From Octopus bimaculoides (taxonomy: Eukaryota): a stretch of DNA of 51,489 nt. The DNA lies in the NCBI RefSeq assembly GCF_001194135.2, contig NC_069007.1:20280106-20331594 (forward strand). Direction: 5' to 3'. The notes under the pieces are model-generated. The model was not told where the DNA came from. It saw only the letters and a list, made by a program, of their open reading frames with translations, and did not search any database. Every line of letters begins with the position of its first letter. The stretch's first letter is position 1. A program made the translations under genes and the position numbers. Of the stretch, positions 27,432 to 38,231 are shown in pieces.

Positions 27432-27810
27432 ACTCTTTTACTTGTTTCAGTCATTTGACTGCGGCCATGCTGGAGCACCGCCTTTAGTCGAGAAAATCGA
27501 CCCAGGACTTATTCTTTGTAAGCCTAGTACTTATTCTATCGGTCTCTTTTTGCCGAACCGCTAAGTTACGGGGACGTAAACACACCAGCATCGGTTGTCA
27601 AGCGATGGTGGGGGGGGGGGACAAACACAGCCACACACACATATATATATATATATATACGACGAGCTTCTTTCAGTTTCCGTCTACCAACTCCACTCAC
27701 AAGGCTTTGGTTGGCCCGAGGCTATAGTAGAAGACACTTGCCCAAGGTGCTACGCAGTGGGACTGAACCCGGAACCATGTGGTTGGTAAGCTAGCTACTT
27801 GCCACACAAC
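27432..27810 (-). mobile_element. Family-B SINE, full length. Further whole or partial copies at about 1915-2125, 2225-2292, 15777-15940, 16435-16520, 21625-21760, 22115-22275, 24810-25010, 28040-28180, 28765-28870, 32688-32890, 36780-36865, 38940-39055, 39331-39680, 39986-40565, 42150-42380, 49060-49215, 50790-51060
   Basis: Same head, microsatellite and tail order as 44835-45245; tail motif tgactgcggccatgctggagcaccgcc recurs throughout the window. Confidence 0.88.
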
Positions 27811-28385
27811 CAGGCAGAAAGTTAATAATGGAACAAGCTGTCAAGGACGCTCTCGGTATTAGAAGGTGGAATAATTTTGTTGTCGCCTCAAGTGACACAA
27901 GGCACAATGAGAACCGAATGAAAGAATGAATGAATGTCATGGTAGTGGTGAGACATCGACGCTATGATAACGACTCTCCCAGAGTTATTTCCCTTAACAT
28001 TAAAATACGAAAATATTGCCTTCAAAGGCTTGACAACCCATGTTGGTGTTTTAACATACCCGTAACTTAGCGGTTCGGTAAAAGAGTCCAATAGGCTTAC
28101 AAAGAATAAGTCCGGGGGTCGATTTGTTCGACTAAAGGCGGTGCTCCAGCAAGGCCGCAGTCAAAATTAAAGAAACAAATAAAAGAACACATAAATAAAA
28201 TAAAAAACAAACAAAAGTATAGAAGAAAAATAAATATTTTATTCTCATCTTCCCAATTAAATATCATTTTCCATTCAAAGAGGCAAAGGGGGTTGGTTTG
28301 CAGGAGCTGAAGAAAGAAATTTGATTGATGGACCATTCCGAGGCTCTCATACATTTCCATATTAACTATAGGCATAGGGTAGAGA

Positions 28386-28760
28386 CGCAATGGCCCAGTG
28401 GTTAGGGCAGTGGACTCGCGGTCATAGGATCGCGGTTTCGATTCCCAGACCAGGCGTTGTGTGTGTGCATTGAGCGAAAACACCTAAAGCTCCACAAGGC
28501 TCCGGCAGGGGATGGTGGCGAACCCTGCTGTACTCTTTCACCACAACTTTCTCTCACTCTTACTTCCTGTTTCTGTTGTGCCTGTAATTCAAAGGGCCAG
28601 CCTTGTCACACTGTGTCATGCTGAATATCCCCGAGAACTACGTTAAGGGTACACGTGTCTGTGGAGTGCTCAGCCACTTGCACGTTACTTTCATGAGCAG
28701 GCTGTTCCGTTGATCGGATCAACTGGAACCCTCGACGTCGCAAGCGACGGAGTGCCAGCA
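28386..28760 (+). mobile_element. tRNA-derived SINE, family A, near full length (partial copies at 1-66 minus, 34280-34445 minus, 48353-48530 plus)
   Basis: Pol III A box TGGCCCAGTGG and B box GGTTTCGATTCCC, followed by a conserved body shared with the other copies. Confidence 0.85.
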
Positions 28761-29104
28761 TCACACAGGCATAGGAGTGGCTGTGTGGTAAGTACCTTGC
28801 TTACAAACCACATAGTTCCAGGTTCAGTCCCACTGTGTGACACCTTGGGCAAGTGTCTTCTACTATAGCCTCGCTCAAGGACACAAGGCACCACCAGGTA
28901 TTGAGCTCACAACCTTACAGTTGCAAGCGAATACCCTAACCACGTGGCTGCGTGTCCTCACTTTTTTCATCTAGCTGTATTGTTTTATTCTTTTGTTTCA
29001 TTTGACTGCGGCCATGCTTTGTAAACCTTGTACTTATTCTATCAGTCTCTTTTGTCAAACCACTAAGTTACGGGGGACGTAACATGAGTCGATGTAATTG
29101 ACTC

Positions 29105-29275
29105 ATCCTCACATGTTCTTGAGCAAAACACTTCATTTCACATTGCTCCATTCCACTCAGCTGGCAAAAATGAGTGATGCTGCGATGGACTGGCCTCCCG
29201 TCCAGCTGGGGAACACATACACCATTGAAACCGGGGCCCATGAGCCTGGCTAGGCTTTAAAAGGGTGCATTTATT
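29105..29275 (+). mobile_element. SINE fragment containing a V-SINE-like central domain
   Basis: ctgcgatggactggcctcccgtccag (29180-29205) resembles the V-domain consensus CTGCGATGGACTGGCxTCCxxTCCAG as I recall it. Confidence 0.6.
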
Positions 29276-30036
29276 TATTTTTTTATCATTATCCCTCAAT
29301 GCAGCTCCCNNNNNNNNNNNNNNNNNNNNNNNNNNNNNNNNNNNNNNNNNNNNNNNNNNNNNNNNNNNNNNNNNNNNNNNNNNNNNNNNNNNNNNNNNNN
29401 NNNNNNNNNNNNNNNNNNNNNNNNNNNNNNNNNNNNNNNNNNNNNNNNNNNNNNNNNNNNNNNNNNNNNNNNNNNNNNNNNNNNNNNNNNNNNNNNNNNN
29501 NNNNNNNNNNNNNNNNNNNNNNNNNNNNNNNNNNNNNNNNNNNNNNNNNNNNNNNNNNNNNNNNNNNNNNNNNNNNNNNNNNNNNNNNNNNNNNNNNNNN
29601 NNNNNNNNNNNNNNNNNNNNNNNNNNNNNNNNNNNNNNNNNNNNNNNNNNNNNNNNNNNNNNNNNNNNNNNNNNNNNNNNNNNNNNNNNNNNNNNNNNNN
29701 NNNNNNNNNNNNNNNNNNNNNNNNNNNNNNNNNNNNNNNNNNNNNNNNNNNNNNNNNNNNNNNNNNNNNNNNNNNNNNNNNNNNNNNNNNNNNNNNNNNN
29801 NNNNNNNNNNNNNNNNNNNNNNNNNNNNNNNNNNNNNNNNNNNNNNNNNNNNNNNNNNNNNNNNNNNNNNNNNNNNNNNNNNNNNNNNNNNNNNNNNNNN
29901 NNNNNNNNNNNNNNNNNNNNNNNNNNNNNNNNNNNNNNNNNNNNNNNNNNNNNNNNNNAAGTTGGAAGAACAATAACGACGACACACACACGCACACACA
30001 CGCACACACACACACACGCACACACACACACACAGC

Positions 30037-30119
30037 TCAATCTTCCAAGTCTTCATCTTCAAGACCAAGTTCGTCAATGTCTTGGAACAGGGACTCGTCA
30101 ACCTCAACAGCTTCGTTTT
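30037..30119 (-). CDS. RWDD1: RWDD1 exon 7, last coding exon (xNEAVEVDESLFQDIDELGLEDEDLED*)
   Basis: tttcttttcag acceptor; VEVDESLFQ motif and acidic tail; TGA at 30039-30037. Confidence 0.94.
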
Positions 30120-31232
30120 CTGAAAAGAAAACAAAAATACAATTATACAGACAAGAATGTAATATTTCAAACACAGTACAGTAACCCCTCGATTAGTGCA
30201 GGTGTTACCTTCCAAAACCTAGTGGCAATGGAGAGAAACACTCAAAGGAGTAGGGGAGATAACTTCAGGAAATGAAAAATTTCACAAAAAGCTATTTTCA
30301 TGAGGTGGAAATCTGTTACTTCTTAACAAGTAAAAGGACTTCTGTGGACGTGTTTCAGTCTTATTAGAACACATCAGCAAAGCATGTTCTTGCCGGGTGC
30401 AAGTCTATATATTTGTAGAGAAAAGGTGTGACTATGAACTGGGTGGTCCCCAGTTGTTTATTAATTTGGTAGGTCAAAAGGAAAGGACTGCACCCACAGT
30501 CATCACTGACTCTTGAAGATCAATGAAACTGAGGCAGTTAATGTTTCTATTGCACAGTTGCAACGAAAGGCTGCAAGAAAATGTGCAGGGAGAGGATTCC
30601 AAGCTGAACCATTAAGTGACAGGGACATAAACGTACTAACACCAGTTGTTGTTGGGGGGGGGGGGGGNNNNNNNNNNNNNNNNNNNNNNNNNNNNNNNNN
30701 NNNNNNNNNNNNNNNNNNNNNNNNNNNNNNNNNNNNNNNNNNNNNNNNNNNNNNNNNNNNNNNNNNNNNNNNNNNNNNNNNNNNNNNNNNNNNNNNNNNN
30801 NNNNNNNNNNNNNNNNNNNNNNNNNNNNNNNNNNNNNNNNNNNNNNNNNNNNNNNNNNNNNNNNNNNNNNNNNNNNNNNNNNNNNNNNNNNNNNNNNNNN
30901 NNNNNNNNNNNNNNNNNNNNNNNNNNNNNNNNNNNNNNNNNNNNNNNNNNNNNNNNNNNNNNNNNNNNNNNNNNNNNNNNNNNNNNNNNNNNNNNNNNNN
31001 NNNNNNNNNNNNNNNNNNNNNNNNNNNNNNNNNNNNNNNNNNNNNNNNNNNNNNNNNNNNNNNNNNNNNNNNNNNNNNNNNNNNNNNNNNNNNNNNNNNN
31101 NNNNNNNNNNNNNNNNNNNNNNNNNNNNNNNNNNNNNNNNNNNNNNNNNNNNNNNNNNNNNNNNNNNNNNNNNNNNNNNNNNNNNNNNNNNNNNNNNNNN
31201 NNNNNNNNNNNNNNNNNNNNNNNNNNNNNNNN

Positions 31233-31261
31233 CGAAGAGTCTTGCTGGAAGAGTTCTTTGC
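31233..31261 (-). CDS. RWDD1: RWDD1 exon 6, 5' part only (GKELFQQDSS...), remainder in N gap
   Basis: Polypyrimidine tract plus atag acceptor; phase 1 fits exon 5; matches the conserved GKxLF motif. Confidence 0.85.
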
Positions 31262-31978
31262 CTATGAATATAAGAGGGAGAAAAAAAAAGAAAATGAGTT
31301 ATGATGATGATGACGATTGTGACGGTGGTGATGACAATGATGATGGTGTGTCTGTTTGTTATCTCCTGTATGGTTCTCCACAGAGGCAATGAGCGAGACC
31401 TTTGGCATTATGTCATACTTGAGGAGATCCATCAAGCCAAGTAAAATCGCAGTCGTGGCAGATACTGGTGTCACACAAATGGCACCCGTGCTGGTGGCAC
31501 GAGAAAGCACCCATTACACTCTCAGAGTGGTTGGCATTGGGAAGGGCGTCCAGCTGTAGAAAACCATACCAAATCAGACTGGAGCCTGGCGCAGCCTTCC
31601 AGCATGCCAGGCCCTGGTCAAACCGTCCAACCCATGACAGCATGCATAATGGACGATGATGATGATGATGATGATGATGTGTGAGAGAGACAGCAAGATA
31701 AAATTTCAGTTTTTTGAAAATTACATCAAAAATACTCCTTAAATAAGCTAAAAAAAGTCCAATAAATTACTTTTAGCTACAAATTAATAATTCAGTCAAA
31801 TTAATAATTGAATTATAATTAACTAGTTGATTATAACGAGGGTGAGAACTAATAATAAAGACAGTGAAACAATCAAACTCTCACAAACCTGTTAATTTGT
31901 TAATTTAGAATTTGATTAATTAACTCCCTTAACGTGTCAATTTAGTGCTTGTTTGTTTGATTAATTAATTATACAAAC

Positions 31979-32105
31979 CTGTTAATTTAGTGTTTGATTG
32001 ATTAATATCCATTAAATTTCGATTACTTTCTTTCATTTCTAAGTCAAATCTGGCTTTCCAAGCAATAAATGTCTCCACGGTAACCCGCGTACCTTCAAAT
32101 GTTTT
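31979..32105 (-). CDS. RWDD1: RWDD1 exon 5 (KTFEGTRVTVETFIAWKARFDLEMKESNRNLMDINQSNTKLT)
   Basis: ttcttctttccag acceptor, gtttgt donor, 127 nt; GTxVTxExFxxWKAxFD motif of the DRG-binding (DFRP) region. Confidence 0.95.
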
Positions 32106-32942
32106 CTGGAAAGAAGAAAAAGAAAGATAGAAAGAAAAACTTCTGAGACAGGAACCATGACAACAACAGCTGCACCAATTTCTAACACAAAGGTGCTATA
32201 TTTTATCGACCCCCAGAAGGATGATAACCAAAGTTGATCTCAGCAGGATTTGAACTTGGGATGTTAAAGAACAAGAAAAATGCCACCAACCATTTTCTCT
32301 GATGTGTTAATGATTCTGCCAGCTCACTACCTCAAGCCTTCAGATTACTTTGTCCCCGTAACTTAGCAGTTCAGCAAAAACGAAAAAAAAAAAAAAAAAA
32401 AAAANNNNNNNNNNNNNNNNNNNNNNNNNNNNNNNNNNNNNNNNNNNNNNNNNNNNNNNNNNNNNNNNNNNNNNNNNNNNNNNNNNNNNNNNNNNNNNNN
32501 NNNNNNNNNNNNNNNNNNNNNNNNNNNNNNNNNNNNNNNNNNNNNNNNNNNNNNNNNNNNNNNNNNNNNNNNNNNNNNNNNNNNNNNNNNNNNNNNNNNN
32601 NNNNNNNNNNNNNNNNNNNNNNNNNNNNNNNNNNNNNNNNNNNNNNNNNNNNNNNNNNNNNNNNNNNNNNNNNNNNNNNNNNNNNNNAAAGAATAAGTCC
32701 TGGGGTCGATTTTCTTGACTAAAGGCGGTGCTCCAGCATGGCTGCAGTCAAATGACTGAAACAAGTAAAAGAGTCATGAAATAAGTCTCTGGCTTAAAAA
32801 AAAACATATCCTGGGGTCAATTCATTTGACTAAAACTTCTTGAAGGCGGTGCCCCAGTATGGCCGCAGTCCAATGAGTGAAACAAGTAAAAGGTAAAAGC
32901 TATCAAAGAAGAAACGAAGTTGGTAGTTAGAACCATTCTCAC

Positions 32943-33086
32943 CTGTTCTGATTCTTCTTTTTCTTTCTGTTTTCGCAATTCTTCCTTCTCTCGTTCCTGT
33001 TTGTTTTGCTCAATGATATCGTTAATCTTTTCTTGTACAGCTGAGACAATTGTGAACACCATTACCATTCCAAGGGTCTCTTGGGC
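32943..33086 (-). CDS. RWDD1: RWDD1 exon 4 (AQETLGMVMVFTIVSAVQEKINDIIEQNKQEREKEELRKQKEKEESEQ)
   Basis: 144 nt, phase 0/0, tgag acceptor and gtgaga donor; LGMVMxFTxVxAVQEK is diagnostic of RWDD1. Confidence 0.96.
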
Positions 33087-33774
33087 CTCAAATGAAAAGC
33101 AAAATACGGCTTATACAATGCAAAGTACACCACAAAGCTAGAAATATAAAATATATGAAAAGAGACAGAGAGAGACAAACAGACAGATAAGTTTTTATAT
33201 CCTGGTGTTGGATATATAATTTAATGAAGCAGGGGGGGATTACACAAGACTCAACACTCTCAATCAACAGCTCTCAGTGAACTGCTTACCAATCCAAACT
33301 GCCAACCGCTCACATGTCTTTATTTTATAACGGGTCAGTCCACCTTTCGTTACTTGGGAGGTGGTTAGAATCCTTCTGCAAAATAAGTTAACTCTTTTGA
33401 GGCACTACTTAAATACAGAGGTCCTGATGCATCTATGTAACTCTAACCCTAATTAACCCTAACCGACCCTAAAACTAACCCTAACCAACCATACAAAACA
33501 TATCCCGTTGTGGGGGAGATATTGCCTTGTTTGGTAATACAAGTATGGATTAACAACAGAAAGACCATCCGACCATAGAAAATCTGCCTCAACAAATTCC
33601 ATCCAACTCATGCCAACATAGAAAAGCGAATATTAAAACAATGATAATGATTGCCTAGGGACGGACACGCACACACACACATTTTGTTTGATGAGTCAAA
33701 GAATTTGTTAATAGCGAAAGACTTCATGAACAGACAGTGGAGAGTTAAAAGTTATCATAATTGGACATAATTAC

Positions 33775-33902
33775 CAATTCATTCATGTCTTCTAAGATGA
33801 CATTCACTTTCACGTCATCCAAGTTCTGGAACTCCATGATTTCCATGATAGGAATCGAGTCCGGGTAGTCATCGTCAAGAGTAAACTGAAGGGTCATTGT
33901 AA
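33775..33902 (-). CDS. RWDD1: RWDD1 exon 3 (ITMTLQFTLDDDYPDSIPIMEIMEFQNLDDVKVNVILEDMNEL)
   Basis: tttttttcag acceptor, gtaatt donor, 128 nt; contains the RWD-domain LxFT..xYPxxxP motif. Confidence 0.93.
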
Positions 33903-33939
33903 CTGAAAAAAAAAAGATTCAGATTTAAATATCATCATC

Positions 33940-34250
33940 ATCATCATCATCATCATCATCGTTTAATGTCCGCTTTCCATGCTAGCATGGGTTGGACGAT
34001 TTGACTGAGGACTGGTGAAACCAGATGGCTACACCAGGCTCCAATCTGATTTGGCAGAGTTTCTACAGCTGGATGCCCTTCCTAACGCCAACCACTCAGA
34101 GAGTGTAGTGGGTGCTTTTACGTGTCACCCGCACGAAGGCCAGTCAGGCGGTACTGGCAACGGCCATGCTCAAAATGGTGTATTTTATGTGCCACCTGCA
34201 CAAGAGCCAGTCCAGGGGCACTGGCAACGATCTCGCTCGAAAACCCTTAT
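33940..34250 (-). mobile_element. Family-D non-autonomous retroposon with (GAT)n tail. Plus-strand copies at about 31383-31680, 41790-42085, 44050-44325, 46231-46552, 47014-47265, 47290-47602; minus 42383-42505; partial 36640-36780
   Basis: Conserved gtggttggcgttaggaagggcatccagctgtagaaac ... cgtccaacccatgctagcatggaaagcggacgttaaa(cgat)(gat)n; the tail type resembles RTE-clade LINE ends. Confidence 0.85.
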
Positions 34251-35256
34251 CATCAGAAAACTGGTGCTCCGTCGGTTATAACAATGATTGTTCCAGTTGA
34301 ACCGATCAACGGAAGAGCCTGCTCGTGAAGCTAACGTGCAAGTGGTTGAACTCACCACAGACACCTGTACCCTTAACGTAGTTCTCAGGGAGATTTAGTG
34401 TGACACAGAATGTGACAAGGCTGACCGTTTGAAATTCATTTTTGCCAACTGAGTGGCTTACAGAAAAATCGTACTGGGATCAATCTGTTTGAGTGAACCA
34501 GGCCTGGCCAACTCAAATTACATTGTGGGCCATTTTCATCACAGAAAGTCTTTTGAGGGCCGCTTGTATCCTGACAGAATTGAAAGCATTTTGCTTTCTC
34601 ATGCTATTATTAAAATAATGAATGAATGATCGTTCATTCAGCATGAAATATTATCGTTGCAAAAACAGTAGCATCTTTCTTTTTTACTTTTCATTAGAAT
34701 CTTTAATTCAAGACAATACCAAGCGGACCGCAAGATAAAAGTCTGCACGTGGCATGAGGCCCGCGGGCCTCAGGTTGGCCAGCCCTGGACTAAACCTTTT
34801 TAGGAAGTGCCTCCAGCATGGCCACAGTCTAATGACTGAAACAAGTAAAAAGTTTAATAATGTCGTCAAAATATAATTAAAAAAAAAAACAATCAGAAAA
34901 GTCAGGCAGAAACAACAGTCAGAGTTGTCTCCCATGCTTTCTGGAAAGCCAAAACGATTTCTCATTTCAAGGATTGCTACATCATCATCGTCATCATCAT
35001 CATCACTTAACAGCCCTTTTGTGGAATATTCTGCTGTTTCAATTTAGACACGAGGCCAGCAGTTTTATGAGGGAACAGTGTGAGTCGATACCATCGCTCC
35101 CCACTAGTGCCTAAATGGTACTTTACTTTATCGACCCTGAAAGGATGAAAGGCAAAGTTGAACCAGGCAGGATTTGAACTCCTGAACATAAAACCCCAGA
35201 AGAAATGTCATGAAGCATTTTGTCCAGCATACAAACAATTCTGTGAGCTCACCTCT

Positions 35257-35290
<34 letters not shown>

Positions 35291-35368
35291 TGAGAAAAAA
35301 ACAAAGAATAATTTTTTCTAATATTGGTACAATGCCGGTAATTTGTAAGTGAGGAGTAAGTTACTTAT

Positions 35369-35550
35369 AACGGGGGCTGAAAAGTTCCTGGCTTTAAGGG
35401 TATCATGAAAGGCCTGGTTGGAGCCCCAACCTTCTGTGCTCTTTTACAGAGCTTAGGAAAACTGAAGGGGAATATGTTGAATAAAATCATAACTGATCCT
35501 CCCATATTATCTTTTAACCAAAGTCAGGAACTTTTCAGCACCCCCTCGTA
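35369..35550 (+). mobile_element. ~180-bp mariner-derived MITE
   Basis: Inverted termini cgggggctgaaaagttcctggcttt and aaagtcaggaacttttcagcaccccctcg-TA; interior ends with the mariner C-terminal KGEYVE*. Confidence 0.8.
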
Positions 35551-35624
35551 CATTGGGTCATGCCTGCCTGTCTAAAAGGAAAAAGTTGTGATGGCCATGA
35601 CTGTTGGTAAGTGTTTTTGGTACC

Positions 35625-36125
35625 GAAAGACTTTCAAACTTCGTATACTTATCTATTTTGTGTTATAGAACAGAAAAATATTTTTGTATTCAAATTTATT
35701 TCATGTAAAAAATTGTCTTATTTCGATAATTTCAACCAACCACTGACAAGTATTCAGTTGTTTATATTTACTCCTTTGGCTGATTAAGCGGTGTAAAGCG
35801 TATTTAATCTCCATACCTTCGTTTTATTTGCTTTTTTCATTTTAAATTTGCTTTAACCCTAACCCTATGGTTAGGGTTAGGCTTAATTGTTTCAGAATCG
35901 TTTGTTTATGTAGTCGGCACTTAATGTATATCGGCTGAATGGACGTCAGTGATTGGTTGAAATTACAGAAATACGACAACTTTAACATGGAATAACTTAT
36001 GGATTTCTTTTTTTTTTAAGAAGACTAAGAGAAAAAGATGTTTTATATGACACATTCTACCAGTGTTCCAAGTTTCAAAGTGTTTCGTTAATGAAAAATG
36101 TGGCCCCCGTTTTAAAAAAGATCCC
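35625..36125. mobile_element. Longer relative of the 49883 MITE with a central palindromic insert
   Basis: Both flanks align in reverse orientation to 49915-50112. Interior arms 35714-35747 and 35945-35978 are inverted, and there is a CCTAACCCTA/TAGGGTTAGG hairpin at 35858-35881. Confidence 0.75.
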
Positions 36126-36364
36126 TGGAATGCATTTGATTATAGAACTGACCTGATGCTACACAAGAACCAGACAGTTAACCAGTGGAGTTAAAGACAT
36201 TGCAATGGACGGGGGGAAAATACCAAAACTTGAAAAACAGGCGACATGTTCTATATTTTGTCTATTTTTTATTTGCAATTAAATCATTCACCCAAATTTG
36301 TCAATTAGTCACACAATTAGAGAATAAAGGAGAAAAAAAACATTTTAAAAGCTGCAGTACATAC

Positions 36365-36442
36365 TTAAATCTTCTCCTTCCTCTTCAGTTAGTTGTGAAG
36401 AAAGTTCTATGGCGAATATATAATTTGGTTCCGTTTCCAAAA
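36365..36442 (-). CDS. RWDD1: RWDD1 exon 2 (VLETEPNYIFAIELSSQLTEEEGEDL)
   Basis: ttttcttttcag acceptor, gtatgt donor, 78 nt, phase 1/1, open frame joining exons 1 and 3. Confidence 0.88.
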
Positions 36443-36861
36443 CTGAAAAGAAAATGGTTAAATTATAATAACCACACACAAATCCACAAATAATTCTACT
36501 CACCACTTAAGTTCTTCACTCCTTATGGAACCAAAACCATTTATGACATTTCTCAACTCTGGGTTATCTTGTCTGCTATTCTCCAGTTTGATCCCTACTT
36601 ATTCAGCTCTACCCCCAGTATCCCGCCTCCACGCTTGAATGTTGTTTTTCATGTGCCACCGGCACATGTGCCAGTAAGGCGATGCTGGCAACGATCACGC
36701 TCGAATGAAGATTTTTACGTGCCACCGGTACAGGAGCCAGTCAGCGGCCCTGGCAACAATCATGCATGGATGGTGCTTTTATTAAGTTCTGGGGACGATT
36801 TGTTCGACTAAAGGCGGTGCTCCAGCATGGCCGCAGTCAAATGACAGAAACAACTAAAAGA

Positions 36862-36945
<84 letters not shown>

Positions 36946-37558
36946 TGGATGTTGTTGGTAACTGGTTATACGATATTTATGTTCTATTGCTGATCACCAA
37001 ACGTTGTAGCGAACTGGCTCTATTGCGTTGACTTTTTTCTTCTTCTTTTTTTCAACTGAATAAAAAAAAAATTAAAAAAATAAAGTTATTTCTCAATAAC
37101 AATAATAATCCTTCCTACTATAGGCACAACGCCTAACCATTCTGCGAGCTCGTCGCCTAATAATAACGATGATGGCTTCAAATTTTGGCACAGGACCAGA
37201 AATCTTAAGGGAAGTGGTAGTTTAGTATATATAGACCCTAGTACTCGACTGGTACTTATTTTATCGACACCGAGAGAGAGGAAAGGCGAAATCGAACTCG
37301 GCGGAATTTGAACTCAGAAGAAATGACACTAAGTACTTTGTCCGGTGTGCTATCTGCTACAATGATAATAACAAAAATAATATTCAGTCAACGTAGAACT
37401 TATAAATCTAGACTTGTCAGCTTTATTTAATGACTTCTGACGATGTAGATCCACCACTGGTCTTTTACTTTTTCAGTTTGTTGTTTTATATGTTATATTG
37501 TTAAAGTATGGGGAAGTGTAAAATATATATGTAAAGACGCGACAACGAAAACAAATAC

Positions 37559-37631
37559 CTTTGATTTCATTTGGATAGATAGCTTCAAGTGCTTCTATTT
37601 CGTCTCTCTGTTCTTCTCTGTGGTTCGTCAT
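37559..37631 (-). CDS. RWDD1: RWD domain-containing protein 1, exon 1 (MTNHREEQRDEIEALEAIYPNEIK)
   Basis: ATG at 37631-37629; 73-nt CDS ending in G|gtattt. Translation matches the RWD N-terminus EEQxxExEALExIYP. Length equals the 73-nt first coding exon I recall for human RWDD1. Confidence 0.95.
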
Positions 37632-38231
37632 GTTGACAATCGACCAGTGACGACGAGGGCCAATGTGTCAGGGTGAGCGAGAAATAAAGAAGAAAGTGAG
37701 TGAGAAAAAAAAAAGGCCTTAATTAATTAAAAAAGTTTAATTAATTTAAAGTCGCTCTCACTTCTAAGCCATGTGTCACTAGTGAACTCTTTGTAAATAG
37801 AGACAGAAAAATAGAAAAATATTAATACTTCCGGTTAATGTAAGTTTCATTTATTTCCGGTGGTCACTGATCAGTAAAAAAAAAAAGCAATTAATTGGTA
37901 ATTAAATTAATATAACTGAGGTCGATCCATTTTGATCCATGTCAGAAATAGTGCAATTAACTTAAAGTAATTGGAATAAATTAATTTACTAAACGAAAGA
38001 AAACGAAATAAGCTCCAACTGCACCAAAATAATTCTTTCTTCGTCAGAGAAAAATAAACTAAAAATGGTAAAAAATTATATTTAAAATATTTTATTAATT
38101 TATATCAATAATTCTACACCTTTCTTGCCATTTATTACTTTATTACATATATGGTACGGCTTCTTACGAATTATTCACTTTATGCTAAATTTTCAGTGTG
38201 ATATTTATTTCCCATTCATTACTGAATTTCT
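37632..38231. promoter_or_regulatory. Putative shared bidirectional promoter of RWDD1 and TRAPPC3
   Basis: Repeat-free interval between divergent genes, with ETS-type sites ACTTCCGG (37827-37834) and ATTTCCGG (37853-37860). Confidence 0.55.

Noticed and set aside
28386-28460. tRNA gene (also 1-66, 39065-39140, 28875-28945 and family-B/C heads)
   Set aside because: A and B boxes are present but there is no complete cloverleaf, and each continues into a multi-copy SINE body.
31233-31304. Plus-strand RRVLLEEFFAYEYKREKKKENEL as an exon
   Set aside because: It is the antisense of RWDD1 exon 6 and its polypyrimidine tract.
31883-31898. Duplicated copy of the RWDD1 exon 5 donor (aattaacag|gtttgt) exactly 90 nt into the intron as an in-frame alternative splice site
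   Set aside because: The extension hits TAA after four codons (G-L-Y-N-stop), so it would not give a full-length isoform; probably local slippage duplication.
33444-33490. Interstitial telomere (TTAGGG)n, also 35855-35881
   Set aside because: Only 2-5 degenerate units, embedded in repeat elements or a hairpin; not a telomere fusion signature.
34015-34281. Recurrent ORF KPDGYTRLQSDLAEFLQLDALPNANHSESVVGAFTCH (also 46478, 47197, 47551) as a multicopy gene family
   Set aside because: It is the antisense translation of the family-D retroposon.
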